From: Nitrospira sp.
GTDB taxonomy: Bacteria > Nitrospirota > Nitrospiria > Nitrospirales > Nitrospiraceae
Length of the DNA: 64,000 nt
Assembly (NCBI GenBank): GCA_029865345.1
Contig: JAOUHD010000001.1
Coordinates: 10,488-74,487 of the forward strand
Direction: 5' to 3'
The translations under genes were made by a program, and so were the position numbers. The notes under the pieces were generated by a model. It did no database searches. It had not been told where the DNA came from and saw nothing but the letters and a program-made list of their open reading frames with translations. Positions 8,444-17,602 of the stretch are shown here, one piece after another (positions within the stretch are counted from its first letter, which is position 1; each line of letters begins with the position of its first letter).

Positions 8444-9274
8444 ATGGAAGAAGAACCAAAACATCCCCCCCAGGGCATCAACCCTCTCACCCAGCAAGTT
8501 GGTGACGAGCCGCTCGCCGGTGGTGTAGCCGATCAGATGCCGGCTGGTTCTTCCGCTGTCGACGAGGGGGCGATTAGTTCAGGTACTGTCGCCCTTGATG
8601 AAGAGCAGGTCAAGGACGAGATCGACATTCAGGTCGATCTGCTGAGTGATCCTGACTGGGTGGTCCGCCGCGAAGCGGTGATTACTTTGGGCGAGATGGG
8701 TGATGAGCGGTGTGTCGAGCCGCTGGCCCGCGCGCTACGCGACGGTGATTGGCAGGTTCGAGAGGTCGCCATTGAGGCGATGGGGCAGGTAGGCTCTCCT
8801 GCCGTCGAGACTCTTCTCAAATTGCTCCGCGACTGGGAGGTACGGAAATACGCGATTGCTGCGCTCGGGAAAATCCGTGACGAACGGGTCCTTGATCCCT
8901 TGATGCTTCAGCTTCGGAACGATGAGTTTAAAGACGATGCTATTGATGCCTTGGTCGTACTGGGTGAACCGTCCGTCGAGAGGCTGATCGGTGCCCTTCG
9001 TGATAAGGACGAAAATGTCCGTAAGTGCGCCGTCCTTGCGTTGGGGCGGATCAAGAGCGGTGAGGCCATTGATCCCCTGATCGGGATGCTCGGTGATAAA
9101 GATTGGTTTACGCGGTTGACGGCTGCCGCCGCGCTGGAGTCGATCGGTGACGAGCGGGGCCGCGAGGCGATGAAGCCCTTGCTCAAGGATTCCGATATGG
9201 TGGTTAAGATGCGGGTGGAGCGAATTCTGGCCAAGTGGAAGAAGCCACCGATCTCTCAACCGGCCAACGCCTGA
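8444..9274 (+). CDS. HEAT-repeat (PBS lyase HEAT-like) protein with acidic N-terminal extension
   Basis: Repeated 'D..VR..A..ALG..GD..AV.PL...L.D' units; start moved to ATG 8444 (MEEEPK). Confidence 0.85.
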   Translation: MEEEPKHPPQGINPLTQQVGDEPLAGGVADQMPAGSSAVDEGAISSGTVALDEEQVKDEIDIQVDLLSDPDWVVRREAVITLGEMGDERCVEPLARALRDGDWQVREVAIEAMGQVGSPAVETLLKLLRDWEVRKYAIAALGKIRDERVLDPLMLQLRNDEFKDDAIDALVVLGEPSVERLIGALRDKDENVRKCAVLALGRIKSGEAIDPLIGMLGDKDWFTRLTAAAALESIGDERGREAMKPLLKDSDMVVKMRVERILAKWKKPPISQPANA

Positions 9275-9275
9275 G

Positions 9276-9731
9276 TTAGTTGTTCAAGATTTGATCCATT
9301 CTCTGCTGGAGTTCATCCAGCTTTTTCATCGACACTTGTTTCCCCGCCACAATTTCCGACTTCACCTCCCGCAGCGATCCGGCCATGTCCCGGAGGGGAT
9401 TGGTTGCGGTATCGGATTTGACTCCCTTCGCGGCGGCTTCCACGGCAGCGACGGCTTCGGCCAATTCTTTCGCTGCGTCGCCGAAATTGCGATCGACGAG
9501 GTGCGCCTTCGCCTGGACTAATCGAGACTTCGCGTCCACGAGTCCTTGACGCTTGCGGAGATCACGTTCGATCCCGAGTGTCGTGTCCAACACATTTCTG
9601 GATACATCTTTCAACGACTGTTGAAGCTCTGCGACTGTTCGCTGAAGCGTCCCGACGGGTCGTTGTCCGAGATAGTAGCCCGCTCCGAATGCTCCAACGA
9701 GCAGCAAGACAACAGCGAAAAATTTAACCAT
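9276..9731 (-). CDS. Hypothetical membrane-anchored coiled-coil protein
   Basis: N-terminal hydrophobic segment (FFAVVLLLVGAFGAGYYLG), then helical heptad-like sequence; 12 nt from the upstream gene's stop. Confidence 0.7.
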   Translation of the reverse strand: MVKFFAVVLLLVGAFGAGYYLGQRPVGTLQRTVAELQQSLKDVSRNVLDTTLGIERDLRKRQGLVDAKSRLVQAKAHLVDRNFGDAAKELAEAVAAVEAAAKGVKSDTATNPLRDMAGSLREVKSEIVAGKQVSMKKLDELQQRMDQILNN

Positions 9732-9743
9732 AGCGGCCCTCGG

Positions 9744-11153
9744 TTAGTGGCGTCGTTTGGATGAACTTAACCGGGTCAACTGTTGGAGTAGGCTGTTGGC
9801 ACTCGCAATACGCACGGCCTCATCCGAGTCTTGTAAACTCTTTACCAACAGCGGGATGGCGCTCTCGCTGCTTTTCCGCAATCCCTTGGCGGCCATTAGG
9901 CGAGGAAGTGGCTGCTGATCCTGTAAGAGCGTCTGGAGAACCGCCAAAGCGTCTTTCTCGGCGGAGGCACTCAAGGCCTGTGCTGCTGCACCACGGATTG
10001 AAGGGTCGGAATGCCGAGCCAACTCTGTGGCCAGCGTGAGGGCGGAGGGATCGCCCAGGCGAATCAATCCCTCTGTGGCGTTGGCACGGACATGACTATT
10101 CGGGTCTCTCGTGAGTGCTAGCAGCAAGGGCCGGTTCTCCTTGATGCCAAGCTTTCCAAGACTTGCCGCAGCGACACCACGAACCATCGCCATCTCGTCC
10201 CCGATTGCGTGGGTGAGCGGAGCTGCGCCGTTAGCGGAGCCAAATTCTCCCAGTGCTCCGGCAGCGAACGCGCGCACCGATGGATCAGGATCATACACAG
10301 CTTGGGAGAGGATCGCCAGGCTGGCCGGACGTTTGAGGCGCCCCAATACCCCCAGCGCGGCCATCCTCGTCTCTGGGTCCGGCAGGGTCGCGGCGCTGGT
10401 GATATCGTCCAGCTTTTCTGTATGCCCCAGTTTGAACAGGGCGGCGTAGGCGAAGATGGCCTCAGGCCCATCTTCAGTCCGAGCGATATCCAGAAACCGC
10501 TGCTGAACGTCGGTGGCCTGTGCTTCCCCGAGCGCCGTCATCGCAGCGATACGGACGGTCGGCATGTCATCCCGCAACGCGCGGCGCACGGCGCCGGATT
10601 TCGTCGCGAGTCCGGCTTTTCCGATCGCCTCGGCGGCGCGCGCGCGTACGACTACCGAAGTGTCCAGTAAGCCATCCTCCAAAATTGCCGAGGTCTCAGG
10701 CAAGCCCAATTCGGCAAGGGCCGAGTAGGCCGCAATGCGGACGTGCTCTTTTCGGTCTCGAACGTGGCCGGTAATCACTCCGAGTGCCAATGGGCGAAGC
10801 AGCGAAGCATCAGCGGGCTGGCCCGTCTGGCTCAATTTCGCATAGATGGCCAGGGCTTCGTCTGTTCGTCCAAGTCGGACATAGCTCAGCAAGGAGAGCC
10901 GGAGGAATGCGGTCGAGGGTGTCACGTCCGGTGGAAGACCTCGGTAGAGAGCGGTCACTTCGGGGTAGTCGCCGGCCTTGAAGAGGGTCGCAGCTTTCGA
11001 TTCGACCGTGGAAGGGGCTCCTGCCGATGCAGGAAGGAGAGGCGCTGTGCTGAGAATCAGCAGGAGCGCGCCAATGACACGCGTCATGGCAGTCGGGGTG
11101 AAGCCCTGGTCGCGTATCAGCGAGCGATCTGCTGCGTCGAACCGAGTCACCAT
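9744..11153 (-). CDS. HEAT-repeat protein with putative signal/TM segment
   Basis: Many 'D.D..VR..AA.ALG' repeats; hydrophobic segment RVIGALLLILSTAPLLPASA. ATG at 11153 overlaps the glgP stop (ATGGTGA); alternative start 11087. Confidence 0.8.
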   Translation of the reverse strand: MVTRFDAADRSLIRDQGFTPTAMTRVIGALLLILSTAPLLPASAGAPSTVESKAATLFKAGDYPEVTALYRGLPPDVTPSTAFLRLSLLSYVRLGRTDEALAIYAKLSQTGQPADASLLRPLALGVITGHVRDRKEHVRIAAYSALAELGLPETSAILEDGLLDTSVVVRARAAEAIGKAGLATKSGAVRRALRDDMPTVRIAAMTALGEAQATDVQQRFLDIARTEDGPEAIFAYAALFKLGHTEKLDDITSAATLPDPETRMAALGVLGRLKRPASLAILSQAVYDPDPSVRAFAAGALGEFGSANGAAPLTHAIGDEMAMVRGVAAASLGKLGIKENRPLLLALTRDPNSHVRANATEGLIRLGDPSALTLATELARHSDPSIRGAAAQALSASAEKDALAVLQTLLQDQQPLPRLMAAKGLRKSSESAIPLLVKSLQDSDEAVRIASANSLLQQLTRLSSSKRRH

Positions 11154-13297
11154 GTCGTCGGTGGCCGCACCGTGGCGGCGCGGTACATCAGCCCAACATA
11201 GTCCTTCAGCATGCGAGTGGTACAGAACTGGGGCGCGATGGTGCGGATACATTCTTTGACCATTTGGAGCCAGCCCCGGGGAATTCCGTCACGATCGCGC
11301 TGATAGAACAGTGGCACGACCTCTTGTTCCAATATGCGATAGAGCTGTTCCGCATCATGATGATCCTGCGCCTGTGTGTCGGCCTGTTCGCTGAGTGGCT
11401 GGATGCCCCACCCGTTGGCTCCATTATATCCTTCAACCCACCAGCCATCGAGGACGCTCAGATTCAACACGCCGTTCAGGGCAGCCTTCATGCCGCTGGT
11501 GCCGCTGGCTTCCAGAGGAAAGCGAGGGGTGTTCAACCAAATATCGACACCTTGGACGAGGTACTTTGCCATATGCATCTCGTAATCTTCAAGGAAGGCG
11601 ATACGACCACCCAACTTGTGGTCATGGCAGAAGTTCAGCACCTCGTGAATGAAGTATCGCCCCGGTTCATCGGCCGGGTGGGCCTTGCCGGCGAAAACGA
11701 GTTGGACCGGCCGCCAGCGGTCTTGGAGGAGCGCCTTCAACCGTTCCAGGTCTCGGAAGAGCAAGGTCGCCCGTTTGTACGTCGCGAACCGCCGGGCAAA
11801 GCCAATGGTCAAGGCCTCGGGATCCAGGAGCGTGCCGCGTGTGAGCACTTGAGACGGCTGAAGATGCCCATGCATCCAGCCGACCCTGGCTCGTTCTCGG
11901 ATGAATCCCATCAGTTTCCGCTTCATCGTTTGTCGGACCACCCATAGCTCGTGGTCGGGAACGTCCATCACCCGCTGCCACATGGCCGGATCATCGCAGG
12001 TGTGGGTCCAGGTTGGGCTGAGCGACTTGCTGTACAGATGGTGCAGCTCCGGCGAGATCCATGTCGGCGCATGAATGCCGTTGGTCACGCTGCGGATGGG
12101 GATCTGGTCGGTCGGCAACCCCGGCCAGAAGTGTTGCCACATCTCTCGTGAGACCCGGCCATGTTCACGGCTGACGCCGTTGACGTGGGCCGACAGGCGC
12201 ATGACCAGGGCCGTCATATTGAAGCCGTGTCCGTGCGACTCGGGAGTTTCTCCGAGGCGGAGGAACTCGTCACGCGAAAGGTCCAGTTGTTCCCAATAGC
12301 CGGCAAAATATCGATCCATCAGATGGTGCGGGAAGACATCGTGCCCGGCCGGCACTGGGGTGTGTGTCGTGAAGACGGTGCTCTGACGGACCAGCTCGCA
12401 GGCCTCCGCATGGGATGACCCCTTTTGAACAAACTCGCGTACCCGTTCCAATGTCAGGAAGGCCGAGTGACCTTCGTTGGCATGCCAGATCGATGGCGAT
12501 ATATTGAGTGAGCGCAACATGCGCACGCCGCCGATACCCAGCAAGATTTCCTGGCAGAGGCGCATTTCTTGGTCCCCGCCGTAGAGACGGGCGGAGAGGG
12601 CACGGTCCTCCGGGCTGTTTTCCGGCACATCCGTATCGATGAGGAAGAGCGAGATCCGTCCCACCAGCACTTTCCAGACAGTCGCGGTCACCCGGCGGCT
12701 GCCCATCTCGACGGCAAACCGGCAGGGCTCGCCCGACGGCGTCAGGGCCAGATGAACCGGAGATTCGTCGCGGTTGAACGGAGCGTAGGCCGCCTCTTGC
12801 CACCCTTCCGGCGTGATCCGCTGGCGGAAATATCCCTGCGGGTACATGAATCCGATTCCGACGAATGGCAAGCCAATGTCGCTCGCCTCCTTGCAATGGT
12901 CTCCGGCCAAAATTCCGAGACCACCGCTATAAATGGGGACGGAGGCATGCAAGCCAAATTCGGCCGAGAAGTACGCAATCGTCGACTTCGTCAGATCCGC
13001 ATGGTGCGTCCCGACCCAACTTTTCTTGTTGGCCAGATATTCGTCAAACAGGCGGAACACCGCCGAGTATTGGCGGAGAAACGACGGGTCTTCAGCCAAG
13101 CGTGCCAACCGGTCCGGTGTGACATCAGACAAGAGTTTGACGGGATTGTGGTGTGTGAGAGCCCACAGAGTCGGATCGATCAGTTCGAACAGCTGGCGAG
13201 CCTCCAACGTCCAGCTCCACCAGAGATTCTGCGCCAGTTCGGGTAGACGATTGAGGTTCTGCGGGAGAGAACGGTGCTCTACGTTAGGAGAATCCAC
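11147..13297 (-). CDS. glgP: Alpha-glucan (glycogen/starch) phosphorylase
   Basis: 'AYFSAEFG...YSGGLG.LAGDH.K', 'WHANEGHSAF', 'IGFARRFATYKRA', PLP-lysine motif EASGTSGMK. GTG at 13297 sits 5 nt behind AAAGGAG. Confidence 0.93.
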   Translation of the reverse strand: MDSPNVEHRSLPQNLNRLPELAQNLWWSWTLEARQLFELIDPTLWALTHHNPVKLLSDVTPDRLARLAEDPSFLRQYSAVFRLFDEYLANKKSWVGTHHADLTKSTIAYFSAEFGLHASVPIYSGGLGILAGDHCKEASDIGLPFVGIGFMYPQGYFRQRITPEGWQEAAYAPFNRDESPVHLALTPSGEPCRFAVEMGSRRVTATVWKVLVGRISLFLIDTDVPENSPEDRALSARLYGGDQEMRLCQEILLGIGGVRMLRSLNISPSIWHANEGHSAFLTLERVREFVQKGSSHAEACELVRQSTVFTTHTPVPAGHDVFPHHLMDRYFAGYWEQLDLSRDEFLRLGETPESHGHGFNMTALVMRLSAHVNGVSREHGRVSREMWQHFWPGLPTDQIPIRSVTNGIHAPTWISPELHHLYSKSLSPTWTHTCDDPAMWQRVMDVPDHELWVVRQTMKRKLMGFIRERARVGWMHGHLQPSQVLTRGTLLDPEALTIGFARRFATYKRATLLFRDLERLKALLQDRWRPVQLVFAGKAHPADEPGRYFIHEVLNFCHDHKLGGRIAFLEDYEMHMAKYLVQGVDIWLNTPRFPLEASGTSGMKAALNGVLNLSVLDGWWVEGYNGANGWGIQPLSEQADTQAQDHHDAEQLYRILEQEVVPLFYQRDRDGIPRGWLQMVKECIRTIAPQFCTTRMLKDYVGLMYRAATVRPPTTW

Positions 13298-13361
13298 AAA
13301 CACTCCTTTGGTCAAGATCACGTAATCAGTATCGGCAATGACGGACGATCACCGGTTGCGA

Positions 13362-14198
13362 TCAGGCGTGTCCGGCCTTATGCCACGAGGCCCAGTCTTT
13401 GGAGAATGCCACGGCGGCATAACGTTCGCCAAGGATTTTTGCAACCCGGTTCAGGAGTTTGGAGAGTTGCTGAAGCTCGGACGTGGTGAGGTCCTCACGG
13501 AACCGGGGGTGGAGTCCCCAACGGGTCTCCACTTCTTCGCCCGACACGCTCGACATCAAGCTGACAAGCTTGATTTCCTGGCCGGTCGACTTGTTCTGTT
13601 CCGTCGATGTCTCGACGGCTGGAGGCACAGTCTGCGACGGTTCCTGAGAGGGAGGAGCCTGTCCTTGCAGGACTGCGCTGAGCGCCGGCACGACCGCGCT
13701 GGCGCAGAGCGTCGCTGCGGAACTGAGCCGCGCGTTGCCGACTGTGCCGAGGGCCTCGGCGACTTTGTCGCCGAACTCGCGGAACATCTCGTTCTTCGTC
13801 TTGGAGTCTTCGGTGATCAGGAACTTGTAGTGCTCGTAGGCTTGCCGACTCTCCGCCACGGTCGTCCCGATCGTCATGACAATTTCCATCTGATCCGCAT
13901 TGTTTCCGAAGGCCGGTTCTAACGCGTGCTTTAGCTGTTGCGTCACAGCGTCTTCCAGCCCGTTCATAAACTCCATCTGGTCTTTGAGCGGAATGTGCAG
14001 GGCCACCAGCCGATCCGCGAGATTGAATATGACCTTGAGGAATTCCAGGTAGATGCCCCACTCCTGCTGCCGCTTGAGCTTCAGTGCCTGCTCAGGCGCA
14101 GTGCGCTTCATCATCGTGACCGACTCGCCCGATACGGCGAGCATGAGTTCGGCCAGCTGGCGGAGTCGTTCCTGGTATGCAGTATTAGTGGTGGCCAT
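13362..14198 (-). CDS. Hypothetical protein (helical, central Pro/Ser/Thr/Glu linker)
   Basis: Long ORF with protein-like composition; ATG 14198 lies just downstream of a strong promoter; upstream of and co-oriented with glgP. Confidence 0.75.
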   Translation of the reverse strand: MATTNTAYQERLRQLAELMLAVSGESVTMMKRTAPEQALKLKRQQEWGIYLEFLKVIFNLADRLVALHIPLKDQMEFMNGLEDAVTQQLKHALEPAFGNNADQMEIVMTIGTTVAESRQAYEHYKFLITEDSKTKNEMFREFGDKVAEALGTVGNARLSSAATLCASAVVPALSAVLQGQAPPSQEPSQTVPPAVETSTEQNKSTGQEIKLVSLMSSVSGEEVETRWGLHPRFREDLTTSELQQLSKLLNRVAKILGERYAAVAFSKDWASWHKAGHA

Positions 14199-14221
14199 AA
14201 GTTTGCTCAAGAGCAGCGGGG

Positions 14222-14250
14222 ATTATAGCGGAGACTTGCGTGGGGAGCAA
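14222..14250 (-). promoter_or_regulatory. Putative sigma70 promoter TTGCTC-N17-TATAAT
   Basis: Minus-strand TATAAT at 14227-14222 and TTGCTC at 14250-14245, 17-nt spacer. Confidence 0.6.
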
Positions 14251-14354
14251 AGAGGAGGATTCGGCAATTTCTTGCCCGCTCTCGACTTCGAGCGTACGAT
14301 TTCCATGAGTTTAACCTATAGATTGAGAGTGGATTTGAGAGACGAGCTCCACCA

Positions 14355-14675
14355 ATGTTGAAACAGTATTTGTTAACCATTAGCGTCTTACTTGATGTCC
14401 CGTACACTGGAGAGGATGAAACTGGGAAACAGGAACTTTTAGGAGGGTTCTTTCAAAATATTGGTCTTACTGCAAGTAGCAGTGCTCGAGCAAGGACTCT
14501 AGCCGACACGGCGGTCAACGAAGGTAGGATCGATTGGGCTAATTCGACCGAAACTCAAATCAACCTTGAGACGTATGATGTCGAAATCTCAAGGCATTGT
14601 AAAGAGCTAGGCTTGGAAGGTGTTTGGTACGTTGGCCCAAAGTTCTTGTATGAGGCTGATCAAGGCCAAGCTTGA
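14355..14675 (+). CDS. Small acidic hypothetical protein, AT-richer than its neighbours
   Basis: 106-aa ORF; first 60 nt are 24/60 GC by hand count, visibly lower than flanking genes; no family recognised. Confidence 0.55.
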   Translation: MLKQYLLTISVLLDVPYTGEDETGKQELLGGFFQNIGLTASSSARARTLADTAVNEGRIDWANSTETQINLETYDVEISRHCKELGLEGVWYVGPKFLYEADQGQA

Positions 14676-14922
14676 ACAAGAATTTCAAATCAGGGTTCTG
14701 CTACAAATTGCGTAGCAACCGCTGTACTTCCCTCGCCAGTCCGATTTACCTTGGAATTTCTTCGCGCACATTAACGTATCGTCTGAGATGAGGCCACCAG
14801 GGCCGGCAAGTCCTGTGCAATTGATTTCAGCTATTTGCTAATTGCCAGCTGGCTCTGGAACCGGGTGCCGTCCTTCACCCCTTCCGATAGAGTGAGCCCT
14901 GCGGAATCAGAGTGCTCTCCAA

Positions 14923-15453
14923 ATGGAATTCAGCTCAGTGCGAAATACAGAGTCGGAGCCTCGCGTTCAGGTCTTGCCGCGTGATGAGACGCGCGAGCAT
15001 CTGATCACCATTGCGGACATGCTTGCCAAGGTGATGGATACCACGATCAGGATTCCCGGTACGTCGTGGTACATCGGGTTGGACCCGTTGCTCGGACTGA
15101 TTCCCGGCATCGGTGATGTTCTGGCCAATCTCATCGGCACGATCATTCTTGGATTGGCGACACGCCTACAGCTTCCCAGAATTGTGCTGGCCCGCATGAG
15201 TCTCAATCTGCTCATCAACGGGACGGTCGGAGCCGTTCCAATTGTCGGAGATCTGTTCTCGGTCTGGTTTCGGAGTCATTCGAGAAACGCTGCCCTGTTT
15301 CGCGACGCAGCCATGAAGCTGGATCGCGAAACCCATGCTGATTGGTTTTATGTGGCCGGTATCATCGGGGGCACGGTGGCCCTCTTGCTACTTATGATCG
15401 CCTTCATCATATGGTTGGTCTACCAGCTGTGGATGATGGTCTCAGGTGGATAG
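14923..15453 (+). CDS. DUF4112 domain membrane protein
   Basis: 'LAKVMDT.IRIPGT...GLDPLLGLIPGIGD...RM.LN.L...VG.VPIVGDLF.VWF.S..RNA.L'. Confidence 0.82.
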   Translation: MEFSSVRNTESEPRVQVLPRDETREHLITIADMLAKVMDTTIRIPGTSWYIGLDPLLGLIPGIGDVLANLIGTIILGLATRLQLPRIVLARMSLNLLINGTVGAVPIVGDLFSVWFRSHSRNAALFRDAAMKLDRETHADWFYVAGIIGGTVALLLLMIAFIIWLVYQLWMMVSGG

Positions 15454-15530
15454 GAAAGGGAAGTTGAGTGTGGTATACAACGACCCTTTCTGAATAACGA
15501 AATTAGCGGCTACTCTCTTCGAATATCTTC

Positions 15531-17558
15531 ATGGAACGAGACGTCAAAGCCTATGTGCTGAAGCGACCTACTGAGGACGCCGTGCCGCGCAAGTTGTCGA
15601 TCGACTACGCGGCGGCGCTGAATCCACAGCAGCTTGCAGCAGTGACGGCGGGTGATGGGCCGTCGTTGGTCATTGCGGGAGCTGGGAGTGGCAAGACGCG
15701 CACGCTGGTCTATCGCGTCGCGTATCTGATCGACTCCGGCGTTGATCCGTCGAACATTCTCTTGCTGACCTTTACGCGCAAGTCTTCACAGGAAATGTTG
15801 GAACGTGCTGGCGATCTGATCGGGACGAGTAGTCATCGGGTTTGTGGAGGGACGTTTCACTCCGTTGCGAACATGCTATTGCGCCGCAATGGCCGGTCGA
15901 TCGGCATAGAACCTGGGTTCACGATTCTGGATCGCGGCGATGCGGAAGACTTGATCGCGTTGGTGCGATCGCAGCTGGGTCTCAACGAGAAGGATAAGCG
16001 CTTTCCCCGCAAGGGGACGATCATGGAAATGATCAGCAAGAGTGAGAACACGCTGCGCAGTCTCGACGAGATCATTCTGGAGGAGTTCAGCCACTTCTCG
16101 GATCATTCGGAAGATCTCGGTCGATTGCAGAAGGCTTATCAAGCTGCGAAGCGACAGAAGCAGTTGTTGGACTACGATGATCTCTTGGTCATGCTGCGGC
16201 AGTTGTTGTTGCTGGACGAGACGGCACGCACACATATTTCCCGCCAGTATCGCTATATCCTTGTGGATGAGTATCAAGATACGAACCGGTTGCAGGCCGA
16301 AGTCATCCGTCAGCTGGCGACGACACATCAGAATGTGATGGTGGTTGGGGATGATTCACAGTCGATCTATGCGTTCCGGGGTGCGACCTTCAAGAATATC
16401 ATGGATTTCCCAGTGCTGTTCCCGGGCACGACGATTTATAAACTTGAAGAAAATTATCGCAGCACCCAGCCGATCTTGAACCTCGCGAACTGCATTATCG
16501 ATGAAGCGGCTGAGAAGTATACGAAGCGCCTGTTTACTAGAAAGATCGATGGCCCGTTGCCGGCGCTGGTGGAAGCCGCTGGAGAAAACGCACAATCCCG
16601 ATTCATTGCGCAGAAGATTCTTGAGCTTCGCGAAGAAGGGGTATCGCTGAGCGAAGTGGCGGTCCTGTTTCGCTCAAGCTTCCATTCCTTCGATTTGGAA
16701 ATCGAGCTGTCCCGCAAGGGGCTTCCCTTTATTAAACGCGGTGGAGTGAAGTTTATCGAAACAGCTCATGTCAAGGATCTGCTGGCCCATGTGCGAGTCG
16801 TCGCGAACCCGCTTGATACGGTGAGCTGGCATCGCGTGTTGTTGTTAGTGGAAGGGGTGGGGCCGAAGAAGGCCCAGGATTTGCTCGCTGCGATTGTGAA
16901 AGCTGAGCGACCATATGATGTGTTACGCGGAGTGAGCGGCCGTTCCGGCCAGGGTCTCAAGAACTTGGCCAACACGCTGGAGAGTCTAGCTGGATCGGAC
17001 GATCGGCAACCGGCTGAACAGGTCAATCATATCTACGAGTACTATCTCCCGTTCCTCAAGGACCAGTACGACGATTACCCTAAGCGCACGAGGGATCTCG
17101 ACCATCTCCATACGATTGCCGAAGGGTACCATGGCATCGACGAATTTCTTGCCGATTTGGCGTTGGAACCGCCGGACGGGAGTGCGGTGAATGTCGAAGC
17201 GCCTGATCGCGATGATGAACGGCTCGTACTCTCGACGATTCATTCCGCGAAGGGGTTGGAGTGGCAGTGTGTCTTTGTGATCTGGGTGGTCGACGGTCGG
17301 TTTCCTTCCGCCTATTCCTTTCTTGCCGATGATGAACTGGAGGAAGAGCGGCGGCTTTTTTATGTGGCCGTTACGCGAGCCAAACGGCATTTATTTATGA
17401 CATACCCCATCAATGTGTACGACAAGACCAGCGGGATGTTGCTGTCGAAGCCCTCACGGTTTCTGGACCATGTGTCCTCGGACCTGCTTGATACTCTCGC
17501 ATTGGTAGAGGAAGGCGGACGCGAGGATTGGGGAATGACACGAGACCCCTATTATTGA
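15531..17558 (+). CDS. UvrD/REP/PcrA-family ATP-dependent DNA helicase
   Basis: LNPQQ, AGAGSGKT, DEYQD, VGDDSQSIYAFRGA, LEENYRST, STIHSAKGLEW, EERRLFYVAVTRAK. Confidence 0.93.
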   Translation: MERDVKAYVLKRPTEDAVPRKLSIDYAAALNPQQLAAVTAGDGPSLVIAGAGSGKTRTLVYRVAYLIDSGVDPSNILLLTFTRKSSQEMLERAGDLIGTSSHRVCGGTFHSVANMLLRRNGRSIGIEPGFTILDRGDAEDLIALVRSQLGLNEKDKRFPRKGTIMEMISKSENTLRSLDEIILEEFSHFSDHSEDLGRLQKAYQAAKRQKQLLDYDDLLVMLRQLLLLDETARTHISRQYRYILVDEYQDTNRLQAEVIRQLATTHQNVMVVGDDSQSIYAFRGATFKNIMDFPVLFPGTTIYKLEENYRSTQPILNLANCIIDEAAEKYTKRLFTRKIDGPLPALVEAAGENAQSRFIAQKILELREEGVSLSEVAVLFRSSFHSFDLEIELSRKGLPFIKRGGVKFIETAHVKDLLAHVRVVANPLDTVSWHRVLLLVEGVGPKKAQDLLAAIVKAERPYDVLRGVSGRSGQGLKNLANTLESLAGSDDRQPAEQVNHIYEYYLPFLKDQYDDYPKRTRDLDHLHTIAEGYHGIDEFLADLALEPPDGSAVNVEAPDRDDERLVLSTIHSAKGLEWQCVFVIWVVDGRFPSAYSFLADDELEEERRLFYVAVTRAKRHLFMTYPINVYDKTSGMLLSKPSRFLDHVSSDLLDTLALVEEGGREDWGMTRDPYY

Positions 17559-17602
17559 TTTGAGTTTGTTATCGTGACGTATCACGCCTGTTTTCTATCC
17601 GC

